Source of the DNA: Diplonema japonicum
Taxonomy: Eukaryota; Protista; Euglenozoa: Diplonemea
DNA length: 64,000 nt
Reading direction: 5' to 3'
NCBI GenBank assembly: GCA_964019335.1
Contig: OZ025714.1
Coordinates: forward strand, 1-64,000
The notes beneath the pieces were generated by a model that saw only the letters and a list, made by a program, of their open reading frames with translations, ran no database searches and had not been told where the DNA came from. Both the position numbers and the translations under genes were made by a program. This document shows, one piece after another, positions 1 to 9,786 of the stretch; position 1 is the first letter of the stretch; every line of letters starts with the position of its first letter.

Positions 1-1
1 G

Positions 2-970
2 GTGCGTGGCGACGACGATGTACGGCTCCTTCGGGTCACGCAACTCCATCTCCGGAAGAATGGCTTGGCTTCCCTGTGCGTCCTCGGCTTCGACCCCGTC
101 GGCTGTGTGTGTTTGGATTGTGCCTGTCGTGGTCTCTGCCTGCTGGTCCTTCCCCTCGGTGCGCTGGTTAGCTGTTTGATTGTTTTCTGTGCCATCCACC
201 GCCCCCTGGTTCCGGGCCCCTCCTTCCTCTCCGCTCCTCACAGGGCCAGCTTTTGTGTTTTGGATTGTGCCGCTCCCTGTCTCCTCCTCTCCCATCTCCG
301 CGTCCACCCGCTCCGCCGCTGCTTTTGCTGCCGCTGACGCTGCTGCTACCACCGCCGCGGCCGCCAGGTTCGCGGTCCTCCTCTCTGCCTCCTCCTGGAA
401 CTTGTTCTCCGCCGCCTTCGCCGCGGCCAGAGCAGCCATCCCTGTCAGGTAGAACGCCGCCTCAGCTACCTCCTCCTCCATTCCTGTAGCCGCAGCTTCC
501 CGTTCCATCGCCTCCTGATCCTCCCGCTCCCTCCTCTCCTCCTGGGAGTGCTGCTCCGCTTCCGAGTCCAGTTCCATCTTCTCCACCAGAACCTTCCCCT
601 TCCTAATGGCCGCCCTCGCCACGCCCTTGACCACGGCCGCCGACACTGCGGCCTTCATGTCGTTGAAGACCTCCACCCTGTGTCGTCGCGTCCTCTTCGC
701 TGCTTCAGATGCCACCTCCTTCAAGAACTCCCTGGCCTGCCCTGCCAGACCCCCAAACGTTTCCACCGCAAAAGGGCGGAACTGCTTGTGAGCCTCCTTG
801 CACGCTTCCATGTGCTTCTTGTTCTTCGCCTCCTGGGCCTTGTTCGCAGCGTAGCCAGCAGTTTTTGAGGCCTGTTCCAGGTTGCCCACCGTCCGAGGGT
901 GCACCACCGTCACATCCACCGCCAGCCCGTGGCCGTTTCCTTGTATCCCGCTCGGGAGGAGGATGTCCGC
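2..970 (-). mobile_element. CRE/SLACS-clade non-LTR retrotransposon 3' fragment: restriction-like endonuclease (RLE) plus long C-terminal extension; 5'-truncated, frame open off the left edge
   Basis: Manual translation 970->2 (absent from the ORF track because there is no stop): ADILLPSG..LAVDVTVVHP..KTAGYAANKAQEAKNKKH..C..FRPFAVETFGGL..AREFLKEVA. This is the D..DVTV..K..K..F.P.A.E..G pattern of CRE/SLACS RLE domains. About 200 aa of Glu/Ala-rich sequence follows. The fragment starts abruptly at an A11 tract. Confidence 0.82.
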
Positions 971-1992
971 TTTTTTTTTTTAGGGGTGCCAAAATGGGGC
1001 TGGACGGACGCAGATGCCTACAGGGGGTTTTTGTAAGTTTGAAAACCGAAAATTCCGGATGCAAATTTGGCTCCGCGGTGTTCTTGGTGTTCAGGCTCCC
1101 TGTCTGCCAGGGCTGGCCCACCATGGCTGTTTTCACCGCCTTCCTTGGGGCCGTAGGTCTTTTGTTATTTCCCTAAACTCCTTCTCCTTGGCTTTTTTTT
1201 TTCTTGGCGTCCGCCGTAAAATTGGTGATATTTTGATAAACAAGAGAGGTATGTATGGGGGAAAAAGTGCATGCTCAGTGTTGGGGGGGGGTCCGGAATA
1301 GTGGTTTTATCCGCCTCTTTTCACCCATGGGACGGAAAAGCCCCCGCCTTGCCGATCGCGATGGAAGACACGGTTTATGGTTCCCATGCCCCCCACCGGA
1401 TCGTCTTCTACTCCTCTTTTCACTTTTTTTATTTTTTTACTAGTAAATTAAAACTTCTCTAACAAGGCGGGAGAAAAAAAAAATCTGGCATGCACAAAAA
1501 AGTGGTGATAAAGATTCGAGTTCGTGAATCACTTATCGATAGAGGAGAAAAAGGTCTCTTTCTTCTCTTTAATTTTTCTCTTTTTCAAACCTCCTTTGAT
1601 GATAAAATAAAAATTTAAAATTTGGTTGCCGTTCTCTTTCCTTGTTTTTCCTTTTATTTTCTCGGCGAACCTGATGCAAAATATAATAAACTAGGGAGGA
1701 ATGAATCTTTTCTTTTCTTTTCTTTTTTTTTTTCGAGGGGGGGTAGGGTTGGGAGAAAGAAAATAAAGAAAAGAAAAATAAAAAGAAAATAAAAGATATA
1801 TGAATTGAAGGGAGTCTTTGTGAGACGCCCTCTCGTCCTCTTCGTCTTCCTGCACCTTTCCCCTTTCTGCAGCGGTTTCTCCTCCGTTGGTGGTCTTGCC
1901 GTCCTTCCCCAGCCCGGCCTGAAAAAAAGAAAAAATTTGGGAAGGCTTCCATAGGTCACCAGCTATGGAAGCCCGCCTGATAAACCCACCCG

Positions 1993-2110
1993 TCAGCGAA
2001 CAAGCTGTAGAAGGAAAACTTCTAGTTAAACCATAAGATAAAAAATAAAAAAGAATCAACTCAAAACCATCAGCAAACAAGCTGTAGAAGGAAAACTCCT
2101 AGTAAAACCA
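1993..2110. repeat. Pair of ~40-bp direct repeats (CAGC[G/A]AACAAGCTGTAGAAGGAAAACT..TAGT.AAACCA)
   Basis: Copies at about 1993 and 2071 with a few mismatches. Confidence 0.7.
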
Positions 2111-2636
2111 AAAAGAAAAGAAACGGAAACCCAACAGCAAACATGTTTTAACAAAGGAACTTCAGGGGGAAAACTCCCGGTCCCCTTTTTTTTTTCTTTT
2201 GCTAACTTTCTTTTTTTTTTTTTTTCCCCTTTGTCCTTTTGTTGTAATGGAAAAAAAACAACAAAAAAAAAAAAAAAAAAAAAAATGGGGCTTTGATTGC
2301 AACACTAGGTGGCGTTAAGCGTGCAACGAAGCACGAAATACCTACTTGATTACAGGGGGCGCTCCTCGGCCGAGCAGTAGCTTCTTCTGCGTTCCGCGTC
2401 GTGTCCTTAATGCATGCGGTGTGCTCAACCCTAGCCGGGGCGTCCCGGGTAACCAAGATTCTGCGCTCGTGCAGTTTGCTGCCTGTTCGTCACCCTGAGC
2501 ATCTGCGATACGTTCTTCCACTCGGGCGCTACCGGTGATGACCGACGAGGAGGTCAACAGCGAACAACACATCTGATGTACTTCTTATATTTCCATGTTA
2601 TCCCCACCACCTATAAAAAAAAGAAAAGTTTTTTTT

Positions 2637-2862
2637 AAAAAGGGGGACTTGAGAAAATAAATAAAAAGGGGGACTTGAGAAAATAAATAAAAAGGGGGAC
2701 TTGAGAAAATAAATAAAAAGGGGGACTTGAGAAAATAAATAAAAAGGGGGACTTGAGAAAATAAATAAAAAGGGGGACTTGAGAAAATAAATAAAAAGGG
2801 GGACTTGAGAAAATAAATAAAAAGGGGGACTTGAGAAAATAAATAAAAAGGGGGACTTGAGA
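2637..2862. repeat. Perfect 26-bp tandem repeat (GGGGGACTTGAGAAAATAAATAAAAA), about 8.5 copies
   Basis: G5 runs start every 26 bp from 2642 to 2850, with no spacers. Confidence 0.95.
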
Positions 2863-3250
2863 ATGTTTTTTTTTTTTTTTTTTTTTTTCCTTCAAAAGAC
2901 ACACAAGGCGCGATAAACCTTAAGAGAAAATAAAAATATTCCAAAACAGACAATCAAGTTCCAACCTGGGAGGAAGGCATGGGTTTCTCTTTTTCTTTAT
3001 GGGAGGGAGAGGGGAAGAAGAAGAAGCAACTCCAAATGATAAAAATTCAAAAATAAAAATCTCAAAAAAGGCTTGAAAGAAGAAGAGGCAAATTCAAAAA
3101 CATACTAGGGAGGAATGAGTGGGGCAGGGGGTAAAATTTAGGAGGGGGAAAGAGGGAGAATCAAAAAAGGGGAAAGGGGCAGAGTGACCAATGTCCATGC
3201 GAAAAAGCATAGAGCGGGGGAAGAAGAAAATCAAAAACAGGAAAAACACA

Positions 3251-4159
3251 TCACCACAAAAGAAAAAAGAAAAAAGAAAAAAGAAAAAAAAAAAAAAACG
3301 TCGACCGAGATGGTTCCACTTCAAAAAGAAAAAGAAAAACAGAAGAGGGTCTGTTTTTTACCTCCGTGGAGGGTTCCTCTGGAGAGGGCTCTAAAAATGA
3401 AAAAGGGGGGGACAAATGGGGGGGAGGAGCACCACCCTCTCTCGGGAGTGCCACCTCTTCCCCTTTCTCTCTATTTTCCTCCGAAGAGGGTCTGTTTTCC
3501 TCCGAAGAGGGTTCTAAAAAAAAAAAGGGGGCGGGTGGGGCACTATCCTCTCTCGGGAGTGCCACCCCCCCTTGCCCACAAAAAAGGGGATCTAAAAAAG
3601 GGGGTTCGTCTGTTAACCCAGGGGATGGGTCTTCCTGGGGTGTGCGGGTGAGCTTGGGGCCTACCGCACGCAGGGTGATCGACACCCTGACACCAGTGGA
3701 CATCCCGGACGGGATGTGGTGCGTCCACTGGTGTCTCGCTTCACCTTCCAACAGTGCCCATGAGAAGGGGGGCACCAGGTATCTCGCCACCCTGTCCCCC
3801 CTCCTCATGACCATTGTGGTCTCGGCTCCGTACGAGAGGACTAGGACAATCGGTCCCAGCCTCGCGTCGTCCTTGTGGGCGGCAATCCCACAACCAGACT
3901 TGTACTTGTTGACAAGTACCTGGTTGGGGACCACCTTGAGCCCTGCGGCGGCGGCCACCTCCCTCACCCACCCCTCCGCCCCCCCTGGGATCCCCGTGGT
4001 GGGGCGCACCTTGGCGTTCGTCCCCTCCCACCGGTACCCGTATTGGAGGGTCTCCCTCCCTGAGTTCCCAGACAGGGCCTCCCACTTTCCTGAAAGCAGG
4101 GCTTTCGGGAAGGCAGGGGCCGGGCCCGTCCTCAACCCGGGAGGGTGTTCACCATACAC
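3251..4159 (-). CDS. AlkB-family 2OG-Fe(II) dioxygenase domain (core about 4170-3650); no in-frame ATG before the domain, probable mobile-element cargo or relic
   Basis: RETLQYGYRW, PNQVLVNKY, GIAAHKD (HxD), LSYG, LLEGEARHQWTHHI (distal His), RVSITLR (RxSxTxR). An in-frame TGA lies at 4210-4208 and the C-terminal tail is low-complexity. Confidence 0.85.
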   Translation of the reverse strand: MYGEHPPGLRTGPAPAFPKALLSGKWEALSGNSGRETLQYGYRWEGTNAKVRPTTGIPGGAEGWVREVAAAAGLKVVPNQVLVNKYKSGCGIAAHKDDARLGPIVLVLSYGAETTMVMRRGDRVARYLVPPFSWALLEGEARHQWTHHIPSGMSTGVRVSITLRAVGPKLTRTPQEDPSPGLTDEPPFLDPLFCGQGGVALPREDSAPPAPFFFLEPSSEENRPSSEENREKGEEVALPREGGAPPPHLSPPFSFLEPSPEEPSTEVKNRPSSVFLFLFEVEPSRSTFFFFFLFSFFFFLLW

Positions 4160-4199
4160 CAGTACCCACCCCTTTTTTTCTCCCTCTTTTCTTCCCTCT

Positions 4200-4586
4200 T
4201 CAATTGTTCAACAATAAAATAATAGCAGGGTCGGCTGCAGGGGTCGTGGTCGCGGCGGTCGTGGCTGCGGCAGGGGCGGCTGCGGCGGTCTCAGTTGCGG
4301 CGATCAGGGCGGCAGGGTCGGCTGCGGCGTTCAGGGCGGCTGGGGCGGCCGTGGCTGTAGCAGCGGCGGTCAAAACCGCGGTCTCTGCTAGTGATTTTTT
4401 TATTTTATTTTTTTTTTCTAAAGGGGGGTGGGGGGATCTAGGGGGTGGGGGTGGGGATTCATACTGCCCAACCAGATAGTCTGGTTGGGTCGGCCCTGGC
4501 GTCGTGTGCAGCCTGGCGGCCTGTCGGGGTTCCTTCTCCCTGCGGTTTGCGCGGTCACCTCCTCTTGCGTTCCGTCTTGGATCCAT
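4200..4586 (-). CDS. Basic/Pro/Ala-rich ORF, first ATG-initiated ORF after the SL copy; possible N-terminal part of the AlkB ORF, offset by one frame
   Basis: ATG at 4586, about 170 nt 3' of the SL. It reads MDPRRNARGG..., then an Ala/Thr-rich linker, and ends in an A-rich patch just before the AlkB frame. Confidence 0.35.
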   Translation of the reverse strand: MDPRRNARGGDRANRREKEPRQAARLHTTPGPTQPDYLVGQYESPPPPPRSPHPPLEKKNKIKKSLAETAVLTAAATATAAPAALNAAADPAALIAATETAAAAPAAATTAATTTPAADPAIILLLNN

Positions 4587-4758
4587 TTTTTATTTTTTTT
4601 ATTTTTTTTTAAAGTGTGTGTTGGGGGAGGGGATCCTTTCGGTAAGCGGCGGGCAGGCCGACGGGCAAAACAACCCCCCCGGACGACGGCGACGACGGAC
4701 GACGGACGCAGCGGCAAACCCAGGCAGAGGCGGCAGGCACCAGCAGAACACGAACGAC

Positions 4759-4795
4759 CAATAAAGTACAGAAACTGTAGCTTTAGAATCGTTGG
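4759..4795 (-). other. Spliced-leader (SL) mini-exon copy, 37 of 39 nt, diplonemid type; not an SL RNA gene
   Basis: The minus strand reads CCAACGATTCTAAAGCTACAGTTTCTGTACTTTATTG. The 3' 19 nt CAGTTTCTGTACTTTATTG match the conserved kinetoplastid/diplonemid SL end, and the 5' part matches (AA)CCAACG. No Sm site or T-tract follows. Confidence 0.92.
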
Positions 4796-5515
4796 CCCAC
4801 TACTGTACCGGGAAGAGAACGAGCAGGCAAGTCATACGTAGACGTCCCCTGCAGCCTAATGGGCGACACGCAAGAACCGCATGGAGGAGCTGTAAATGCA
4901 GCATCGTATGTAAGCTGGAAACCATGCATATCAAGTCCCAGTCGGACGTACTGTTCGGAGTTAAACGAGTCGAACGCCTTGTGCGGTGTCGTTGTGCCAC
5001 CATTGTTGCGGACAGCCCGCCGTACGGTGCATCGGGGTACTTTTTTGTTAGCAGTGCCAGTGACACCAAACCTTTTCGGATGCTGTCTTGCAAGAGCCCT
5101 TCAGCGTGACGCCGGGTTCTAAATCGTCTTCGAACACAACACCGCTCATTGCAGCGACGTCAGCGGGCCCAGCATGCCTCCCGCGCAGCATGTTGGCCAC
5201 GATGGTCTCATTCCGGATCATCACCAAGCATGAATATGTCCTGTTGCACGATGCTTCCCCATCGAGGCCCTGTACGGAATGCGTGAGGTTCCATGTGATG
5301 TTGTACCCGGGTTGGAGGTTGAACACGGCGTGCCCGGTGTGCTCGTCCGTCCGCATCACAGCTTGGTAGTAGTTGGTGGAGTAGTCTTCCAGCGGACCGT
5401 CGACCACGAAAGCAGGTTCCGATGAATGTGAGATCCTGACGCGCATCTCGGACTCCCTCTCCATGAGGGAGAATCTCGTAATACCCCCGAGGTTGCTCCA
5501 TGACCCGAAGCCCCC
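4796..5515 (-). pseudogene. Fragment of unknown gene X (copy 1), frameshifted
   Basis: About 5010-5515 is nearly identical to about 59035-59536 (MERESEMRVRISHSSEP..FNLQPGYNIT). It is joined to an RLE fragment on one side and the SL on the other. Confidence 0.75.
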
Positions 5516-5955
5516 TCAGCTTCGGTGGTTTTTTCATTGCCGAAGGAGTCCTCTGTGAGGTCAGTGTTGGATTCAGTGTTGGGTTCGTTGTTCGCTTCCT
5601 CATTGTCCTTTTTTTCCTCTTCGCCGTCCGGTACCGGGGGCCCGGGATCCAACTGTACAGGCCCTTTGACTAACAGCGCCCCTGCTATCGATCTCATCAT
5701 GGCCGTTGACACCTCTTGGACCACACGCCTGTGTATCGAGACTCTGTCCCCGTGGGCCCGCGCAGCTATGCTCCTGGACAGTTTCTTCGTGAGGTAGACC
5801 GCTGCCTCCCCGAACCCCCCAAAGGTCTCCATCGCGAAAGGTACAAAGGCCACGCGTGTCTTGGCGAGCTCCGCCTCATACTTCTGGCGCTTGTAGTGTT
5901 CCGCCTTCGCCGCTGCGTACCCCGCAGTCTTCGCCGCCTTGTTCAGGAGTGTTCT
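5516..5955 (-). mobile_element. Second, divergent CRE/SLACS-type RLE C-terminal fragment
   Basis: KAAKTAGYAAAKAEHYKRQKYEAELAKTRVAFVPFAMETFGGFGEAA..VSTAMMRSIAGALL. It shares KTAGYAA and F.PFA.ETFGG with the 2-970 copy and has an acidic tail. Confidence 0.8.
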
Positions 5956-7011
5956 ATGAGGTCAACATACTTTCCCTGATCACATCTCTTATCCGGAAAA
6001 GATCGCACTACCTGAACTACCGATACCTTCGTCTTTTTGGCAACATTTTCTCCTTTTTGTCTTGTATGCTGCTTGCATTTTGAAGAGAAAAAATAAATAA
6101 AGGGTGGGAACAAAAGGAAGAAGAGGGATAACAAAATAAAACCAAAAAAAAAAAGAGAGGGGGAACAAAAAGAAGACTGTTTGAGCTCAGATAAAATCAA
6201 AAAGCGAAAGAAAACAGTCAAAAAAAAAAGAAGAAGAAGAAGAAAAAAAGAAAGAAAGAAAGAAAACAAGAGAGGAAAAAAAAGCAGTTCCAGTGTCCTT
6301 GGTACTTTATTTTTTCTTCATTCCTTTCAGTTCAGCAAAAAGAAAAAAGAAAAGGAAAAAGAAAAAGCCACAGAGAAAGAGCGAGAGAAAAAAAGAAGAA
6401 AAAACAACTTTTCACTGTCTTCCCCGTACTTTCCCGTTGGGTTTTTCCTTCTTCTTTTTCTTTTTCTTTTTGAAAAAAGAATAGGTCCTATAACGCCTGA
6501 TCAAAGACAAATAGGAATAAAAGAGAGTAAAACGATCTTTTTATTTTTTAATGTATTGTATATTGTTCCACCTCCCCACTTTCATTTTTCCCAGAGCAGA
6601 AGATCCTCGCTCTGGAACAGAAGGTGAAAGTGGTAGTTTGGGGAAGGGGCTTATAAGAAAAAGGATACAAGAAAAGAAAAAAAAAACAAAAAAAGGATCT
6701 CATGCTTGTCCCCATCACCCAGGGGTCCACACCACTGTCCTGCGTCGCTATCAGCAAAAGACCGCAGAACAGTGTCCTCTGGTGTTGGTCACTTTTTTTT
6801 TTTTTTTTTCTTTTTTCATTCTATCTCCGACACACATGAGGCCCGTGTTTGTTTTTTTTTTTCTCTTCAGAAGCTAGAAAATGGAAGAGGTTAGAAAGGT
6901 TTGGGAATTAAAAGAAGGAAGAAGAAGAGGAAGAAAGATTTACAACGGATCCTAATTATATATATATTTTTTTTTAAATGCGTTTTTTCTCTTTTCTTTT
7001 TTTTTTTATTC

Positions 7012-9786
7012 TCACACAACATGTTGTTGTGCTTGTTCTTGTTGTTGCATCTCAGTCGGAGAGTTCACCTCACCCGAGGGTAGGGACTTCTCGATGACAG
7101 AGGTGTTCCCATGGTCAGGGTGGAGAGGGTTCTGTTGCGGCTTCTCGTTGAGGTCGGGAGCGGTGAGGTAAGGGTCGGGCCCCACGAAGGAGAGGACCAC
7201 AGGGAGGAGGAAGACCCCGAACCACTGGCCGAAGAAGATGATCATGACAAACATCCTGAAGAAGACGGTGAAGATGTAGGAGATCGCGAAGGCGAGCGGC
7301 AGGACCGCGATGAAGGTGGAGGTGCCCCCATTCACCACAGCGGGGCCCATCTTCCACAATGCGAAGGCCGCGCGCTGCGTCCTCCCGCTGTGCTCCTCGC
7401 CGTCCTCGCACCTCACGTGGAGGAAGGCCCCCGCGATGTGGACGCTGTAGTCGACGCTCAGCCCGACCGCGAGCACGATGCAGATCACCGACACGCTGTT
7501 CAGCTGCACCCCGATCAGCGGCATGAAGCCCAGCATGCACACGTCGACGCACCCGATCGTCGCCGTTACCAGGAGGCCCAGCTGGATATTCGCGATCATG
7601 AGGGTCACCAGCACGAACACGCACGACCCCGCGACCGCAACATTCTGCGTGATCTCGGAGATCATGATCTTGTAGGACTCCCAGAAGATGAACGGGTAGG
7701 CCCACGGGAACTCTGGTCCCGTCAGCACCGCCCGCAGGTCGTCCATGCAGTCGACGGCGTCCTCGCTGTCCGACAGGGGGGCCCCGATGATGTGGAAGCC
7801 CGAGCGGGTGGCGACCAAAGCGCTCCCGTTGCTGCTCCACCGGATGTTGTCGATGTGCTGCCAGGCGCTGCGGGGGCCCGTCGTCGTCGAGGCGAAGAAC
7901 CGGAGGTGCCCGTAGAACTGCGAGGGGACAACCCTCCCCGCCCCCTGGTCCCAGTCCGCGGCGTGCTCCTCCCTCACCCACTTCTGGAAGTCCTCCATCC
8001 ACGAAGAGGTGGAGTTCGCCACGACCCACCGGTTCCCGCGGAGGATCGCGAGCGCCTTCAGCACCGTGTCCTGCTCCAAGGGGTAGTCGATCGCACCGAA
8101 GTACACGTTCGCAGGGAGGCTCTCTCCGCTGAAGTAGCTGTCTCGAACGTCCATCGCCGCCTCGATGGCGTGCCCGTCCGGGATGAACCACTCGTTGTTG
8201 AAGTTCATCTCCAGCTCGGTGCACCCGTAGATCCCGACCCCTAAAAAGAAGCAAGAGATGAGGATCACCACCACCTTCCCCACGAGGGTCCCGAGCACCA
8301 GACGCGGCATAAAGGTCCCGACAACGCGGTTCTGGAGGCCCCTCTCCCCCTCGGTCCACGACCCGTCCTTCTTCACGCACAAGCCCGTCTCGTCGTCCAC
8401 AGCGACGCAGCACAGGCAGTCCGCCCTCCCCTTCTCCTGCCTCACGCTGTCGAGGTAGGCGATCGCCACCACAAAGGTGCACTGGAAGAAGAAGTCGAAG
8501 GTGATCCCGACCGTCGCGTAGTAGCAGAAGTCCCGGAGCCCCGGGAAGGAGGTGCTCGACCCCGCGAGGAAGGCGATGAGGTCCGTCATCGAGGTGATCG
8601 TGATCGCAGGCCCGGCGTGCTTCATGGCCGCCACCATCCTCTCCTTCATGGTCGGGATGTCGGCGCAGTCCCACCAGGAGTCCATGATCACAAAGGTGTC
8701 GTCGATCCCCACCCCGAGAAGCACCAGCACCAGCACCTGCACCACGCTGTTGAACTTGATCCCGATGTACCAGCAGAGGCCGTAGGCGGCGAACGTCGAC
8801 AGCCCGATCGAGACGATCGACACCAGACCGAGGATGGAGTGCGAGTACTTCGCCCGGCCTCGGGACAGGATGAAGGAGGCGTACACGAACATCAAGACGT
8901 ACCCAATGATCAGGCTCGCCACGTCCGAGCCCGTTGCCTCGTCTCCCGCCTCCTCCTCCTGCGCGTCCGTCAAGATGTACGCCTCAGCGTTGTGCGCCTC
9001 CCTGTCGGCTGAACGCCTGTTCGCAGAGTCCTCCGCAACCAGAATCTCGAAGTACCTGCTCTGCGGGTCGTCCTCCCCGACCCCGGAGATCTCCTCCTTC
9101 TCGTTCTTCAGGTCGTAGATGATCCGCGTCGCTCGCGTCGACACCAACAGCGCCGCCCCGTTGTAAACCGCGTCGCTGCCGATGTAGTAGCTTAGGGGGG
9201 GTCCCGAGGGCTCGATGTCCCTCCAGTTCACGGAGTTCACGGTGGCGAGGGGGTCCGCGTCCGCCTCCAAGAGCGTCCGGTTGTGCTGCCAGAAGGACAG
9301 GACGGACACGGGAGCCTTGCAGCTGTCTCCCTCCGAGTACCTCGAGCACACCACGTTGTAGGTCACGTTCTCCCCGTCCACGATGAGCGACTGCGACAAG
9401 AACCACTCGTGCATTTCCTGCATGTACAGCAGCGACGCCTTCGTCAGCATGTTCGTCCCCTCCGTCCCGAGGGTCTGCAGGTACACCGTCCGCGCATCAT
9501 TCCCGAACCTGTCGATCACCCAGGCCTCGTCGTTGAAGGCCTGGCTGTCCTGCGGGGTGAAGAGCTTGTCCGAAGACACCTCCTCGTCGTAGAACCAGAT
9601 CCCCTGCGCCATAGCTGCCGCGAAGACCACGCAGATGGCAATCGTTACCCCCGGGTGATTCACCACCACAGTGCTGAGCTTCTCGAACAGCTTCTCCGTT
9701 CCGGTGTGCACTGCCGCTGACAGCCGCTCCAGGCGATCCTTGCAGCCGCCACCTCCCTCCGTTTCCTTGTGCGGGCTCTTCTCCAT
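7012..9786 (-). CDS. Patched/NPC1-like sterol-sensing RND membrane protein (PTCHD-like), intronless and GC-rich
   Basis: SSD motifs LGVGIDD and HAGPAITITSMTD, second-half GLSVDYSVHI, about 12 TM segments. Likely start MEKSPHK at 9786. Confidence 0.92.
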   Translation of the reverse strand: MEKSPHKETEGGGGCKDRLERLSAAVHTGTEKLFEKLSTVVVNHPGVTIAICVVFAAAMAQGIWFYDEEVSSDKLFTPQDSQAFNDEAWVIDRFGNDARTVYLQTLGTEGTNMLTKASLLYMQEMHEWFLSQSLIVDGENVTYNVVCSRYSEGDSCKAPVSVLSFWQHNRTLLEADADPLATVNSVNWRDIEPSGPPLSYYIGSDAVYNGAALLVSTRATRIIYDLKNEKEEISGVGEDDPQSRYFEILVAEDSANRRSADREAHNAEAYILTDAQEEEAGDEATGSDVASLIIGYVLMFVYASFILSRGRAKYSHSILGLVSIVSIGLSTFAAYGLCWYIGIKFNSVVQVLVLVLLGVGIDDTFVIMDSWWDCADIPTMKERMVAAMKHAGPAITITSMTDLIAFLAGSSTSFPGLRDFCYYATVGITFDFFFQCTFVVAIAYLDSVRQEKGRADCLCCVAVDDETGLCVKKDGSWTEGERGLQNRVVGTFMPRLVLGTLVGKVVVILISCFFLGVGIYGCTELEMNFNNEWFIPDGHAIEAAMDVRDSYFSGESLPANVYFGAIDYPLEQDTVLKALAILRGNRWVVANSTSSWMEDFQKWVREEHAADWDQGAGRVVPSQFYGHLRFFASTTTGPRSAWQHIDNIRWSSNGSALVATRSGFHIIGAPLSDSEDAVDCMDDLRAVLTGPEFPWAYPFIFWESYKIMISEITQNVAVAGSCVFVLVTLMIANIQLGLLVTATIGCVDVCMLGFMPLIGVQLNSVSVICIVLAVGLSVDYSVHIAGAFLHVRCEDGEEHSGRTQRAAFALWKMGPAVVNGGTSTFIAVLPLAFAISYIFTVFFRMFVMIIFFGQWFGVFLLPVVLSFVGPDPYLTAPDLNEKPQQNPLHPDHGNTSVIEKSLPSGEVNSPTEMQQQEQAQQHVV

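Noticed and set aside
2637-2862. CRISPR array
   Set aside because: The units are contiguous with no spacers, there are no cas genes, and the context is eukaryotic.
971-3250. Reverse transcriptase domain between AlkB and RLE
   Set aside because: No YxDD-type or other RT motif seen; the region is low-complexity.
1255-3400. Poly-Lys/Phe ORFs here and at 5943-7083 and 56814-57271
   Set aside because: Translations of A/T homopolymer tracts with no coding signal.
4385-4464. GTATG...AG intron linking the 4586 ORF to AlkB
   Set aside because: Removing 77 or 80 nt shifts into a frame that stops within the Ala-rich region.
4650-4795. Functional SL RNA gene
   Set aside because: The first two SL nucleotides are missing. 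The downstream sequence lacks a GTAT-type intron start, Sm site and T-tract terminator, and there is no tandem array.
7111-9720. Long overlapping and antisense ORFs (377 aa, 519 aa and others) over the Patched gene
   Set aside because: Shadow frames caused by very high GC3; no motifs.
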